A stretch of 64,000 bases of DNA from Paraphysomonas bandaiensis (lineage: Eukaryota; Protista; Chrysophyceae): the NCBI GenBank assembly GCA_965644295.1, contig CBFFRP010000365.1:167793-231792 (forward strand), given 5' to 3'. A program made the position numbers and the translations under genes. Under the pieces are notes generated by a model. It was not told the DNA's origin. It did no database searches and worked only from the letters and a program-made list of their open reading frames with translations. Shown here piece by piece: positions 11,773 to 23,838 of the stretch; the stretch's first letter is position 1, and each line of letters begins with the position of its first letter.

Positions 11773-14700
11773 TCATTTTCGCTTTTTCGTTTTGATGTCA
11801 CTATAGATATGTGGGTTTGAAGAACTCGCTCGAAGAAAACTAACACATGTCTTTACGCTGACATTATCATGTTGCCCCCGAAAAACATCACGCGGAAGGC
11901 CAAAGTCTCGTTCTTTTGTTTTCTCCAAACTAAAGTGTTGGAAAAGAAATTAGAATTCAATTTCATATTGAAAAAACTAACCTATTCATAATTTCTTCAA
12001 AACGCTTCTTTTTCCTTCGCAATTTGTCTTTCTTACTATTTTCTGTTGAATTTTGTGGGGAAATTTTATTATTTTCCCCACTCTTACGTGGTGGTGGTTC
12101 CTCTAAAATAACTGGTGCAGTACTATTCTGTCGCGATACTGATCCGCTATGCTTGGACCTCCCTTTGCTCTCACTGTAACTGCTCGATTGTGCTTCGGCA
12201 AACATCATTTTTCTAGCAGTTAATAACGCTGACATCGATGATGTTCTCTCCAATGTGTGTGAGGCATCGGCGCCACCGCCATCACTATCTCCTTGAGGAT
12301 GAGGAGCTGTAGTAGGTCTATCATCGATTCCCATTAGGGATTTAGATTTCCGTTTGAGATCTCTAATTGATTCCATCTTCAAATTTGGGGCACTGCCTGG
12401 GCGTGACATAGTACGAGGAATACTATTCTTTCTGGGGACTTCGGTGACGAACACTGTTTGGGATTCCTGTCGCTCACGCAGACCAACCTCAAGATTGGAT
12501 TGTTGGCTCTGGAGAGAATGAAGAGGAGGTTTATCCATGGGTTTCTTCGAAACTGACTTTTTATAGGTCACAGTAACTGGATGGTAAGAGTTTCGAAGTT
12601 TCTTCATTCCATCATTATCAATTCTTCTGAAAGACCGTTTCCATGCAAACACATACTCCATTTTCTCTCGTAAAAATCTTTGAATAACTCTCGCAGCTAC
12701 TTCTTTCTTGTCATGAGATCTAGCACATACGGCATCAAAAATAAGAAAAAATATATACTGTATTCCTTACATTTCTTGATACTTAACCATCGATGACGGT
12801 AAATGCTCCCATGACTTTGTGTTCATCAGAATACAATTGGCAACATCCCAATATGCCTCTTCAGCCTCCAAGAGCGAATTCGAGCCGGAGTTCGCAGCAT
12901 TTCCCTTATCAGTTTCATCCGCAATAAAAGAACCCTGCTGCTTCGCCATGTTGGCCCTGATCTCTTCCGCTGATTATACACACTAAATTAAGCAATAAAT
13001 ACATCATGTATTACAGTACCGATTGCCACTGCGTCCGCTTTGGCATTCTTGTAAACTATGGAATCAGAACCGTACAAGTTACGCAAAAAAGTGACGTCTG
13101 GACCATCTGCCCGGAAATTTCGGAGCATTTGTTTGTCAAACTTGGCAAGTAAATGAAGTTGCTTGGACTCTTGACTTTGAAGCTGAGGTAAGTGTCGTGC
13201 CACAACTTCTTCGGATCGTAGATGTGTTGGTAGACTTCTGCTTAAAGATACACTGAGCACACTCTCCTGCTTTCATATATGACATATATAGAAATAAATT
13301 CATACACAGTCAACCTTTTTTCGTCGATCTTGTGACGATAACTTAATTTGATCTTTCGCCTGCTCCAACAGATATTCCCTGAAACGAGCATCCGGATTGT
13401 CGTCGCTAAAGAACCATATTAGGCATTTAAAAGTGATATTCTACTAACATACCTCGGCAGCGTTACTAAGTGCAATTTCCATTTGCACTCGTCCGTCGGA
13501 TGAAAAAAATCTGCACTATTCGAATTAGACTTTTCTGCATCTTCGAAGGAATTATATTTCTCCATAAACGCATCATAAGGAGTGTGCGAAGCCAGAAAGC
13601 ACCACTCCTGCTCCAGCATTATATGATCCTGATGCAACACCTGTAGAAATAATTACATGGCGATTATATTATCCACGTTTCTTGCCTGTTCCCCAAGCAT
13701 CCCAGTCGGGTCTTGTCTATTTAGTACAATCCACCTTCCATATTGTTGGGCTTTGAAAAAGTTTTCCCGTCTGCAATTTATTAGTGCTGGGTGAATTTTG
13801 CGAATACCATCTGATGATATAGCCTTGCCACCATACTGCGCGCCGAGCACTTCATGCGCTCCAGCCTACTTAAATATCAAAGATATATGCGTAACGACTG
13901 CCTATTATCAATACCTGAAGCCAAACTGCATCGCCATATCTTACAATTCCATGATCACTTAGATCATCGCAGTTCCAAACAACGAATCTCGCGGACGGTA
14001 ATATCTTGTGAGCCGACGCTTTTATATCAGATGCATGATTAAAAGACAAGAATCCACCATGGCGACTCTGATTTCTAAACTTAAAAAATACATGAAAGCA
14101 ATTAAGACGCACCTGAAATGCGATTGTAGCACCAAAGTATACAGCCGTTCCAGGAGCATAATTAAGAACCTCTTGTAGGTCCAGCTTTTTCATATTCTTC
14201 AAGTTATGCCGAATTTTGGAAGCTACACATTAATGATTAATCCTTGTGCACATAGAATTAAGGACTTCAACTTACTTTTAGCGGACTTATCAAGTTTATC
14301 GGCTGGAGTGGAGATATGCATATTCTTTTGTAAAATATTACTCATATCCTTAGCGTTAGAATCCTTGATAGCAGGCGTCCGACTTGCGCCCCTGGAGTTT
14401 TTTTGAGAAGCCAAGCTCCTTCTGTAGTCACTAGCGTATCTAGATTTCATTGATCTAATCTTATCTGCAATAGACAGAACATACGGATCTGCCCGGTTCG
14501 ACCCATAGTGTGGGGAAGCCGGTTCCGCCATGCTCTGGAAATCGATATAGTTTCTCATTCCACCTCTTCTTCGTTTGAGAAGTTCATTTTTTTCCAAACG
14601 TTTTTCTTTCTCCCTTTGAAGTCGTCTGGCCTCATCTTCACGATATTTTTGAATTCTATCGGCATCTAAGTCGACGACTACTCGGCCAAAACTGGCATAT

Positions 14701-14903
14701 TTGACAGCCCTCTGTGATTTATGAATTTCAACAAGTAGAGACGATTTAGAAGTAGGGTTTTTATTCTTCTTATTGTTATCCCATTTACGACGATTTGCAA
14801 TCATTCGTTTGAATGCAATAATAGCAATAAACAGTCGAACAATAAAAGGATGATTCCTTTCTGTTTTTTGGTTTGTGGCTATCCCGATCCTCTTCTGCAG
14901 CAT
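11773..14903 (-). CDS. Uncharacterised multi-exon protein with an IQ-like motif (AARVIQRFLR) and a beta-rich central region
   Basis: A chain of minus-strand ORFs is separated by about 50-nt GT-AG introns. The last exon ends KTKKRK* at 11773-11775. Confidence 0.7.
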
Positions 14904-15714
14904 ATTGATATGATATCAGGCCACTTCAAGATTGATCTGACTATAATTCAAACACACAAATGTTTATATTCTATGTATGTATGTATGTCTGTGGAAGTGT
15001 CATTGATTCAGGTGTGTTATATATGGGGGACTATAGCTATATCACACACTGAAAGAGCTCAGTCATTAACAGGTTCCTCAAGAACTCCGTTACAATTCAG
15101 TGCCTTACAATACTATCTAAAGAGTTGTTTGTGTCATTGAATAACAAGGGTGTGTTATTTCATATAACAGAGTGGAGAAAAGTGGAATCGATCCCCTCTC
15201 TGCATATATATATATATAAGCTCTACCGTAACTGTACATACATACATATATACACATACATACGCCTGAAATTCATATATACAGAAGATGTAACAGTTAA
15301 ATTTATAGTGCTGAACTGCCGCTGGTACTGTCGTCAATCTTCTAACACCTATAAAATCGCGGTTTTTAGACCTATATCTCGATATGCAGAAAAAAACTAC
15401 TCAGGAGTACAATAGATATGGCCGAATAATTGATGGTTTTTTCTAAAAAAGGCATGTTTTAGATTTATTGTACACCAGAATATTGGCAGTATATCCTACA
15501 GCAGCACTTTGTATGTGTGGTGTATCACTCCATGATGATCTCGCAATATACACACATGTATCATCACATCAGCACTGGATCATCATATAAATCCAGATCT
15601 AAATTCAATTCCCGCAGTCAATGCCTATATATTCTATACTCTAAACTAGCATATGGCTTCGTTCATTAGACTTAACCCACCTATCACTATCTAACACACA
15701 GAGTCCTATCAGAT

Positions 15715-17743
15715 ATGGTAATATACGCTATCATCAGCATATAAGACAACTGATTGATGTATTCATTGATTAGGGGAGTGCAGAATCAACAATAGATGAG
15801 GAGCGTATGAAGGAAATAACTGATGAAGCATGTGAGCTGTTTCTATCGAAGATCACTGTATGCTTTGAAGACGCGCTATTCGAAAAGTTTGAAAGACTTT
15901 ATAATAACAAAACAGATAAAGTTTCCTATCAACTCCAGTCACCTCCTAAGCTAGAGTTTTCTTTGAAATGTGGTTTCTTGTTGAAGCGAGGGGGGCAGGT
16001 AGGAAACCCAATTGTGTTATCGTTGAAGTGATATTCATACAACTTTGAAGGTGAAAAATTGGAAGAGGCGACATTTCGAGGCATTAAATGAATCTGAAAA
16101 TTATAATATTGCTTATTACAAACAGTACAAAGGAAAAATGGTGCGTAAAGGAGTTATTAATTGCAACGGGTATGTGATGTATTTACCGTTGCTTGTATAC
16201 ATGGTTTGATGGTATGCAGTTATCGCGTTGAAATGTTCTTGGAAGAAGAGGAAGAGGTGTTCGGCCAATTTGGCTTTAAACTGGTTCCTTATGATGAGCG
16301 GCGTCGATGTTGGTGGTTTCGAGCTGAGGATGAAGATGATAAGAAAGAGTGGGAAGAGGTGTATAAAGTAAAGCTATATCATTCGATTATGTCCTTATGC
16401 TTTCGATTTTAGATATTTAGCAACGCATGCAGGAAATCTCAGCCATCCAGGCACCACATCCCACTCATAGAAACTGCATTTGACCGAGCGTTTCACTCCG
16501 TGCGATATTCGTATGGCTATTTTAACCCTATTGAGGTGTGCGGTACGGAAGAAGAGATGTTATTCGACTTCATAGGTGGAGAAATTCTACACAGAGAGCT
16601 TCTGCATGATGCATTCAGCAGCATTCCTTCGAGACCTGACAAAGCCTCCCAAGTCCAAGAAATTAAACATATCGCAAATAAGATTGTGGGAAAAGCTGTT
16701 AAAGCTACTTGGAAGAGTGCGCTTGAAGGCTTGATGCCACTTATTCCACCAGCATTTCTTCCTCAAGGAGGCAAGCAAACCCAATCAGAGTCGACCTCCA
16801 CATGCAGCAGTGATGAGCATGATATATCTGAGTTTCTCAAACAACAGTATGGGGAAGTATACTTCAATAAATTTGTCAATACGATTCAGGTTCAAGCAGA
16901 AATTCAGTCGAAGGTGTGTGCTGCTGCTGCTTCTGTTGTAGATCCTGTTATCCTGGATGCGGCACAAACAACCTGTGTGCCTTTGTTGGAGGCCATCACA
17001 GACTCTGTGGCTCAAGCATACGCTGAAGCTGTGGAGGGTTTTGCTTCTGACGTACAGCACACAGTACTGGTAAGTGCAAAATTATCGAGAGAGACGGGTT
17101 CGGGTGAACACGCTGAGGCTCTGGCGAACGCCCATCGCAGGGTGAATGTGGGGTATAATTCAGGACCGTTGAAGGAGTCCCGGATGACGTTATGGGCGAT
17201 GTATACAAACAATCTAAACCAACCCGATGTACAGCAGTGTTTTTCTAATGGAGCTCTTAATGCGTATGATATTTATTCCCGTATATCAGACAACATTGCA
17301 GCACTCACACATAGTGCAATATACACTTACGGAAAACTCACTATCGAAGGCGACATGGATCCAGAGTCTGCACTCTCCAGTTGCAAGGACATGGCCTCTG
17401 CTGATTCTAAACTTAGACAGCAAGAAGTTTTGGTGGACATTTTGAATCGGTTCGTGTAGTATATTTCGTTGATGTGTGTTAATTATTATTGTGTATCAGA
17501 TTGGTAGACCCAGTGGTCCAAGAGATGATAGTCATACCTTGCTGCGACGTGATACAGCAAATGCAAATCCTAGTCCCACCTCATATGAGGGATGACTTTA
17601 GTATACAGTCATGCGGCGATCGTCTAATTGCGGACATGGTCGACAGAGTATTGGCCTCTTTAGTTAAGCAGTTTCTTTCGAAGTCATATTCTACCAGTCA
17701 TGAAATATCAAGTTATTCTCCTGTTGAAGTTACTGTTGTATGA
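15715..17743 (+). CDS. Niban/FAM129-like PH-domain protein, predicted N-myristoylated
   Basis: ATG|intron 15718-15773|GGG AGT GCA GAA TCA gives MGSAES. PH motifs GFLLKRGGQ|VKNWKRRHF and WWFRAEDEDDKKEW. A helical Niban-like C-terminus follows (AFDRAFHSVRYSYGYF, CGTEEEML, PLLEAITDSV). Confidence 0.75.
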
Positions 17744-18456
17744 TTATGTAAATATAATAGGCATTAGTATATATTTGTTTTACAATAATGGGGAAGGCGC
17801 TTTGGGAACAGTAGCGTCGTGTTGGAAATATTCCTTCCTTACATCGAAAGGTATTTAGGAGTGAGGAACTAATTAATCTGCTCTTCTAATCAGCAGCATC
17901 AAGGGTTGTATACGACATCCTTTCTTCTTACATTTCCGCACAAGCATATAACAACAACGTACTGTAGAGCTGTAAAGTAAATGAAAAATGAACTGTATTT
18001 GGCGCAGATATACGTAATATACTGTTATTCGTTGTCAGTATGTAAAATCCATGCAGCATAAATTTATTATTGTGACGACTTGCTGTATTAATGGTATGTA
18101 TGGATCTGACTACTGTAGTAATTGCTATAAGCTTATTGTGTACACGACGAATGTCAAAACGAAATGCTTAGCATGTCTACCACAAGTACAACTAAGCGAA
18201 ACATGTCACCAGTTCTCTCATGAAAATACCGTACACAGAGAGTTGTCATTCATCGTATTCAATACCGAACGCTGATATATCGATCAACATTTTCTGAACT
18301 ATTTTTGTTAACATTGTCAAGCTTGCCACAAGACAACAATAGTGTGTAATGCAGTCGAGCAATATAAACGCAAAAGAGATTATTTCGAATTGTACAGTTT
18401 ATTACCAGCACAGCATTTGGCACGCACACTGCTCTGACAAGATCCAATTGCTAGAT

Positions 18457-18761
18457 TTATCTGAGACGGCGTGCTTCACGCTCCCATTCCATCAAGGACA
18501 AAATGTCACCCTATATAGCTGGTTGTTACCACTGCTTTAATTAATACAACACAACTATACCTCTCTAACAGGTCCTTTGACATTTCTAATGATAGAACGG
18601 TTGGGGTCATCAAGAAATTCAACTCTGACCTGAATGACATTTCCGGTGTTACCGGTTCTGCCAATAACGCGGTTAACCTTTGCAAGCTTTACAGGCTGAT
18701 CCTATACAATGCATCAACATGAGATATTATACAATAAAATGAAAATATTATAACTAACCAT
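18457..18761 (-). CDS. RPS28: 40S ribosomal protein S28 (eS28), 3 exons
   Basis: Manual translation: M|[47 protein letters not shown]|[17 protein letters not shown]. Absent from the ORF track because its exons are short. Confidence 0.97.
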
Positions 18762-19384
18762 TTTACTACACGCTGCCAATGTGCACGGTAAATTATTATA
18801 ACTTGATTGGGTTGGTATTATATGCCTCTATATTGCATAGATCTTGAGGTGGTGGTGTCAATAGCATGATGCATAGTTTGAGGTCAGTGGATGGCGGTTA
18901 TGATGAAAAATCTTGAATCGTCAGTATTCAGTTTTTGTTGATTATGTGTTGGTAGTGTACGTTTGGTGAACCGTATACGGGCAGATATATCCGTTGATGA
19001 GGAGAATTATCTACGAAAATATGACTATGAACACCTTGAGGTGTCTGTACTCTGGTATTATACCATCTACATACGGACCATGTGCTGTGAAATCGTGTGT
19101 ATGGTGTCACCCCATACTGCAGTATACTGTATACTGTATAGATACCTACATAAACCACCATACCTAACATACACACACACCTCTGTACGTATCATACACA
19201 CACATACATATATATATAACATCTATTCAACAATCTCAATACTCTTACCTCATTTCTTCGATATTCAACTTCACTTCTTCATCTCCCTATCATTCCCATG
19301 TATCCATCTCTCTTAACCACCCCTTTAACCCATCTCATAATGCCATAAGACACATACACGCATCCCCTCTATAAACAAACACAC

Positions 19385-21513
19385 ATGACACACTGTGATA
19401 GTCAAGACATTGATCTAGGTCCATTAGGGATAAACTACATTGATATTTTCTATTGTCAATTACAAGGATATGAATCTGTTAGTGTTCTCTTCTTCATATG
19501 CTGGACGATGTATTTGATTTATATGTGTAAGTCTCTCTCTGTATATATACATACATATCATGTATAACTATATGTATACGTGTATATATGACTATATGGG
19601 GATAACTCTTATCATTTATTTTTAGTGGGAGACACCGCAGACACTTATTTTTCACCTACTTTGGGGTCTATTTGCGAAAAGGTTTATTTGTTGTGTACTA
19701 TAATGACATTCATAATTATTACATGTAGATGAAAATTCCGTACCAGGTTGCAGGTGTGACTTTTCTCGCCATGGGAAACGGATCTCCCGATGTATTTGCA
19801 TCAATAACTTCGTTTACAGGTTTTTGAATAAAGTGTACTTTAAGTAGTAACAAAATATGTAGGAGGACAGGATGTACTGATTGGAGTTGGTGCTTTACTC
19901 GGGGCCAGTATGTTCGTAGCAACCATCGTTGTTGGGGTTGTATCCATTATTTCGCCGTGCAAGATAGATCCGTTTGTGTTTGGCCGTGATATTAGCTTCC
20001 ATGTACTGGCCGTTACTGCTGTCACGTATTGTGCCATAGCTGTGGAAGTTACTTTGTATTCGGCCTTGGGTTTCTTTGTCTTGTATGCCGTGTATGTGAC
20101 TGTAGTTATCGTGGGGTGGTGGTATAGTGCTAGAAAATCCCCAAGTACGAGCTCGATTCCTGTTGTCGCCGGAGTACAAGCTGCCTATTGGCATGCGTCC
20201 TCCAAGTCGAGTAAAGACGTCAGGAAGTATGACGATGGTGACACGACTGAATCTAAGTATACGTTTCTGATTCTTGGGGAACCCCAATATGGATCTCGAT
20301 CCCCTGTCCCAGACTACGAGGAAGAGGAATATGAGGACGCGGAGCGCGGGAGTGATGATGATCAGGATGTCACGATAAACCTTTCTGGAGGGCTCATAAC
20401 GCCGAAATTTGATCATGAGGTCTTAGAAGATTATTTTCAACCATTGGAATTGAAGCCCAAGACTCACACACTGCAACCATTTGATGGCGTAGAGATGGAT
20501 TCTGACAGACCAAGGAAAGTGCACAAGAGCGATGTTGCGTTGGAAAATGGAAGTTTAGAGGTTCCACTATTGCGGCAACAGTCGTCTGAACTGCGGCGAT
20601 CAGCCTCCCGCCGGCAGAATATGTTTCTAAGCAGTATATATTGGCAACAATGGCAACTGCGTAGACGGATGCAGAAAAATATACTAACTGCTGATTGGTG
20701 GGAGTACCCGATACACTGGAAGATTATGGCAATAGTGTCATTCCCTTTTGTTCTCTTGAGGGACATAACTATCCCAACAGTAGACAGTGAACTGTGGTAC
20801 AAACCGTACGCTGTGCTTCAGCCGTTGTGCTCTCCATTGTTGGTCCTCTTTACTGCAGAGAAATGGGGGTCAAATGTGGGTCTTTTGCCTGCTCCTGTAC
20901 TTAGCGTCATTATTGGGATCCCACTTGCTGCATTTGTGTGTTTAACGACTCATTATTCGCACCCTCCCACTGGAAGTGTGTACGCTGTGCTATGGGTTCA
21001 GATGGCATTTATTATGTGCGTGGTGTGGATTTATCTTTTTGCAGGAGAGTTGGTTGCATGTCTCCAAGCCATAGGAATTATATCAGGAATACCTCCAGCT
21101 GTACTAGGCTTGACCATTCTTGCTTGGGGAAATTCTGTTGGAGATTTATTTGCCAATATGGTTCGTGTGTGCTTATTTTGTAAGTCATACTTACACTTGT
21201 ACTGTAGGCTGTAGCTAAACAGGGCTTGGGTGAAATGGCAATTGCGGGAAGTTATGGAGGGCCAGTTTTGAATCTCTGCCTTGGTCTTGGAGTTTCGTTT
21301 GCGTATGTCTGTACGAGCTCGTTCCCTTTACCGTTCACACTTAGAGTGGATACATCGTCGATAGTGTCTCTAGTATTTTTATATATTGCTTTACTTTCTA
21401 CTATCGTAGCAACAGTGTTCAATGGGTTTGAAATGAAATCGTGTGTTGGATATTATTTGATTGGCTTATATGTCGTGTATTCCATTATCCAGATAGGATT
21501 TCTGCTGTTTTAA
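19385..21513 (+). CDS. Cation/Ca2+ exchanger, CCX/NCLX (SLC8B1-like)
   Basis: Alpha-1 repeat AGVTFLAMGNGSPDVFAS. Alpha-2 repeat LGLTILAWGNSVGDLFAN...MAIAGSYGGPVLN. N-terminal INYIDIFYC. The start codon is uncertain. Confidence 0.9.
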
Positions 21514-21913
21514 TCATAAATGATATGTATAGTGTTGGCGTAACACTTTAACACAATTTCAGTCTTCCAGACGCGCGTCATATTCATTCGAAATCTGTTT
21601 TACAGAAACGAATGAAGATATAGGGCAGTTGTTGGTATTTTATATTGTGAACAACAGAAGTATCTCATCTCTAAATACCACTTGCACTTCTCTTAAAGGT
21701 TATAGCAAGAAAAGGATACGGAATGTGCCTATATATATTATATATAATAGAATGAAGTAGGGAAAAACATATTAAGAATGTTACAAGTACCTTTTTTTTA
21801 AGCACTTTAAGCTTATACTTTTAAGAATAATATTACCACGTTTTGCACTTTTATTGAGAAGTTATAATATACGAATAACGATCACAAAAGCCATGCTTTG
21901 ATGGATTCAATAC

Positions 21914-22030
21914 CAGATCTAGGGAACAATATTTATATTATATTTCAATGCTATTGTTAAATATAACATTTTATTATACCCATCATCAATAATATTGCAA
22001 AACTTCTGTAACCGGTCCAATAACACTATT
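21914..22030 (-). mobile_element. Degenerate terminal fragment of the hAT family seen at 48265 and 59653 (right end, inverted)
   Basis: cagatctagggaacaatat...caatgctattgtta...catcaataatattg...aaccggtcc aligns to the reverse complement of the right end of 48265-49059. Confidence 0.6.
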
Positions 22031-22959
22031 TAAATATATTATATATTAGAATATATTAAATACATTATAGCCAAACCCACTACGCTGCTTGCAAGCAAAG
22101 GCTACCCACTACTTAGCCAATCACAATATTTATCAACTCATCCTCTGAACTCTCATCGTAATTATGATCAAAACAACGAATATTCTCAACACTGAGCTAA
22201 CATGATGGGACAAGTCATCATTCAGCATCGATCGAATAATAGAGAGCCAAAACAAATATTATGTGGCTTTGACCACACGACAAGACCGCATGCACCGATT
22301 GCGGCTACCAGGTTGGTTCTCTAAAACCCATGATTCTATCACTCAAATACGAGAATCAGCCTTTAGATTATGCTTCAAGTTCGCAGTCAATGCTATGCTG
22401 CTTTATCGAGGGTTTTACCCAGACTTCCCCCCAGAACACGTGTAGTAAGCAGCGAATCTGGCAAAGACAACCGCTGTGTTCTTCGACTCTAATAAGTAAC
22501 AAGACTGTCTGTGTGCTCTGTACCCAACCCCGCCCCAAGTCAACAGCTCCCTCATTTTACAATTCGACCTCAAATAATGATCACCACACAACCCGTAAGT
22601 TCCCTCACTTCGTCCCGATGGTGCCTCCGCAGAGAGTCACAGCTAGGCGAATAAACACATCTCCTAATTTTCTAACACTTTCACACCCCAACACGCGGGA
22701 ACCCCAGCGTAAGCGACTCCGCTAGCTCTGTTTACGTCTTATACAGTGCAGTCAGGGGTACCCCGAAAGTCTACAGATTCTACGCCTCTTTACCTCTCGC
22801 ATCATCTCACACTCCCATGTGGAGCACATCTACATAATTCTGCCCCTCCCTATAAAGCTTTGCGGACCCTCTACTCCAAAAGTGCATTCCCCTGCTGATT
22901 AACTGCATCTCCTAGTACTGAAGGACTACACGTCCATGGGCAACTCTTACACTTTTACT

Positions 22960-23365
22960 TCAGGACTGATGTCAGGTATATATAATCCTGAACATTCTGC
23001 TTGCTCACTGCGTTTGCTTTGAGTGAAAGAGCGAAAGTGGTTGCACTTTTGTGTTTGCGGTGACACACAAGCGGCTTTCGCAGCGCTAAATAGTAGAATA
23101 ATATCAGAGTTAAGTGCTAGTTAGTTAAATTGCAATGCTAAATAAATTAGTTAGTTCTAATTCTTACACATCTATTGCAATTAATAAGACATTCACTACT
23201 ACTATTGCAATAAAAAAGTGGTTGCACCTTGGTGCTTACGGTGACGCACAAGGAGCTTTCGTAGCGTAGATAGTAGGATATTATCAATTTGAAGTGCTAG
23301 TTAGTTAAATAGTTTTGACTCTTACACACGCCAATTGATAATAATCAGACATTCACAACTACTGC
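22960..23365 (-). repeat. Two tandem, diverged (about 180 bp) copies of the dispersed Helitron-like repeat end
   Basis: aaagtggttgcac...ggtgac.cacaag..gctttcg.agcg...atagtag.ata occurs at about 23034 and 23215. Its reverse complement matches 6815-6920 and 33186-33255. Confidence 0.75.
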
Positions 23366-23584
23366 GATATATCCAGCTGCCAATAGCGAGTGGTTGATCA
23401 CTTGATTACTATTATCATTTGCCTTTTTACTTGATGTACTTGCATATATATACATATCACTTCCATGATGAAACTAATTGTCTGTGATCATAATATTATA
23501 TATGTATGTATGTATACATACATGTATGTATAATAATGTAAACTAAAATATTAACAAGCGTTCGTTTAAACTACTATTGTATAA

Positions 23585-23723
23585 TAATATTATGTTGATT
23601 GCAATATATTGCGAGTTATCTACAGTAACAATATTGATGAAATTGTTTGCCAGTCGATCAATCAATAAACTGTCTAGCTGTTTAGTATATTACAATACAA
23701 TAATATACTGTTCTCTAGCTCTA
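23585..23723 (-). mobile_element. Degenerate terminal fragment of the same hAT family (left end, inverted)
   Basis: ttgattgcaatatattgc...tattgatgaaat...ccagtc...caatcaata...acaatacaat...tgttctctagctct aligns to the reverse complement of 48265-48430. Confidence 0.6.
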
Positions 23724-23838
23724 ATATGATTACTTTGAATGCAATTAAAGAGAAACTGTGTGACGCCAGGAGTGTTTCTTATTACTTACACATATATTCA
23801 AAAATACAACAACAATGCAATATATTAGCAATAAAGAT

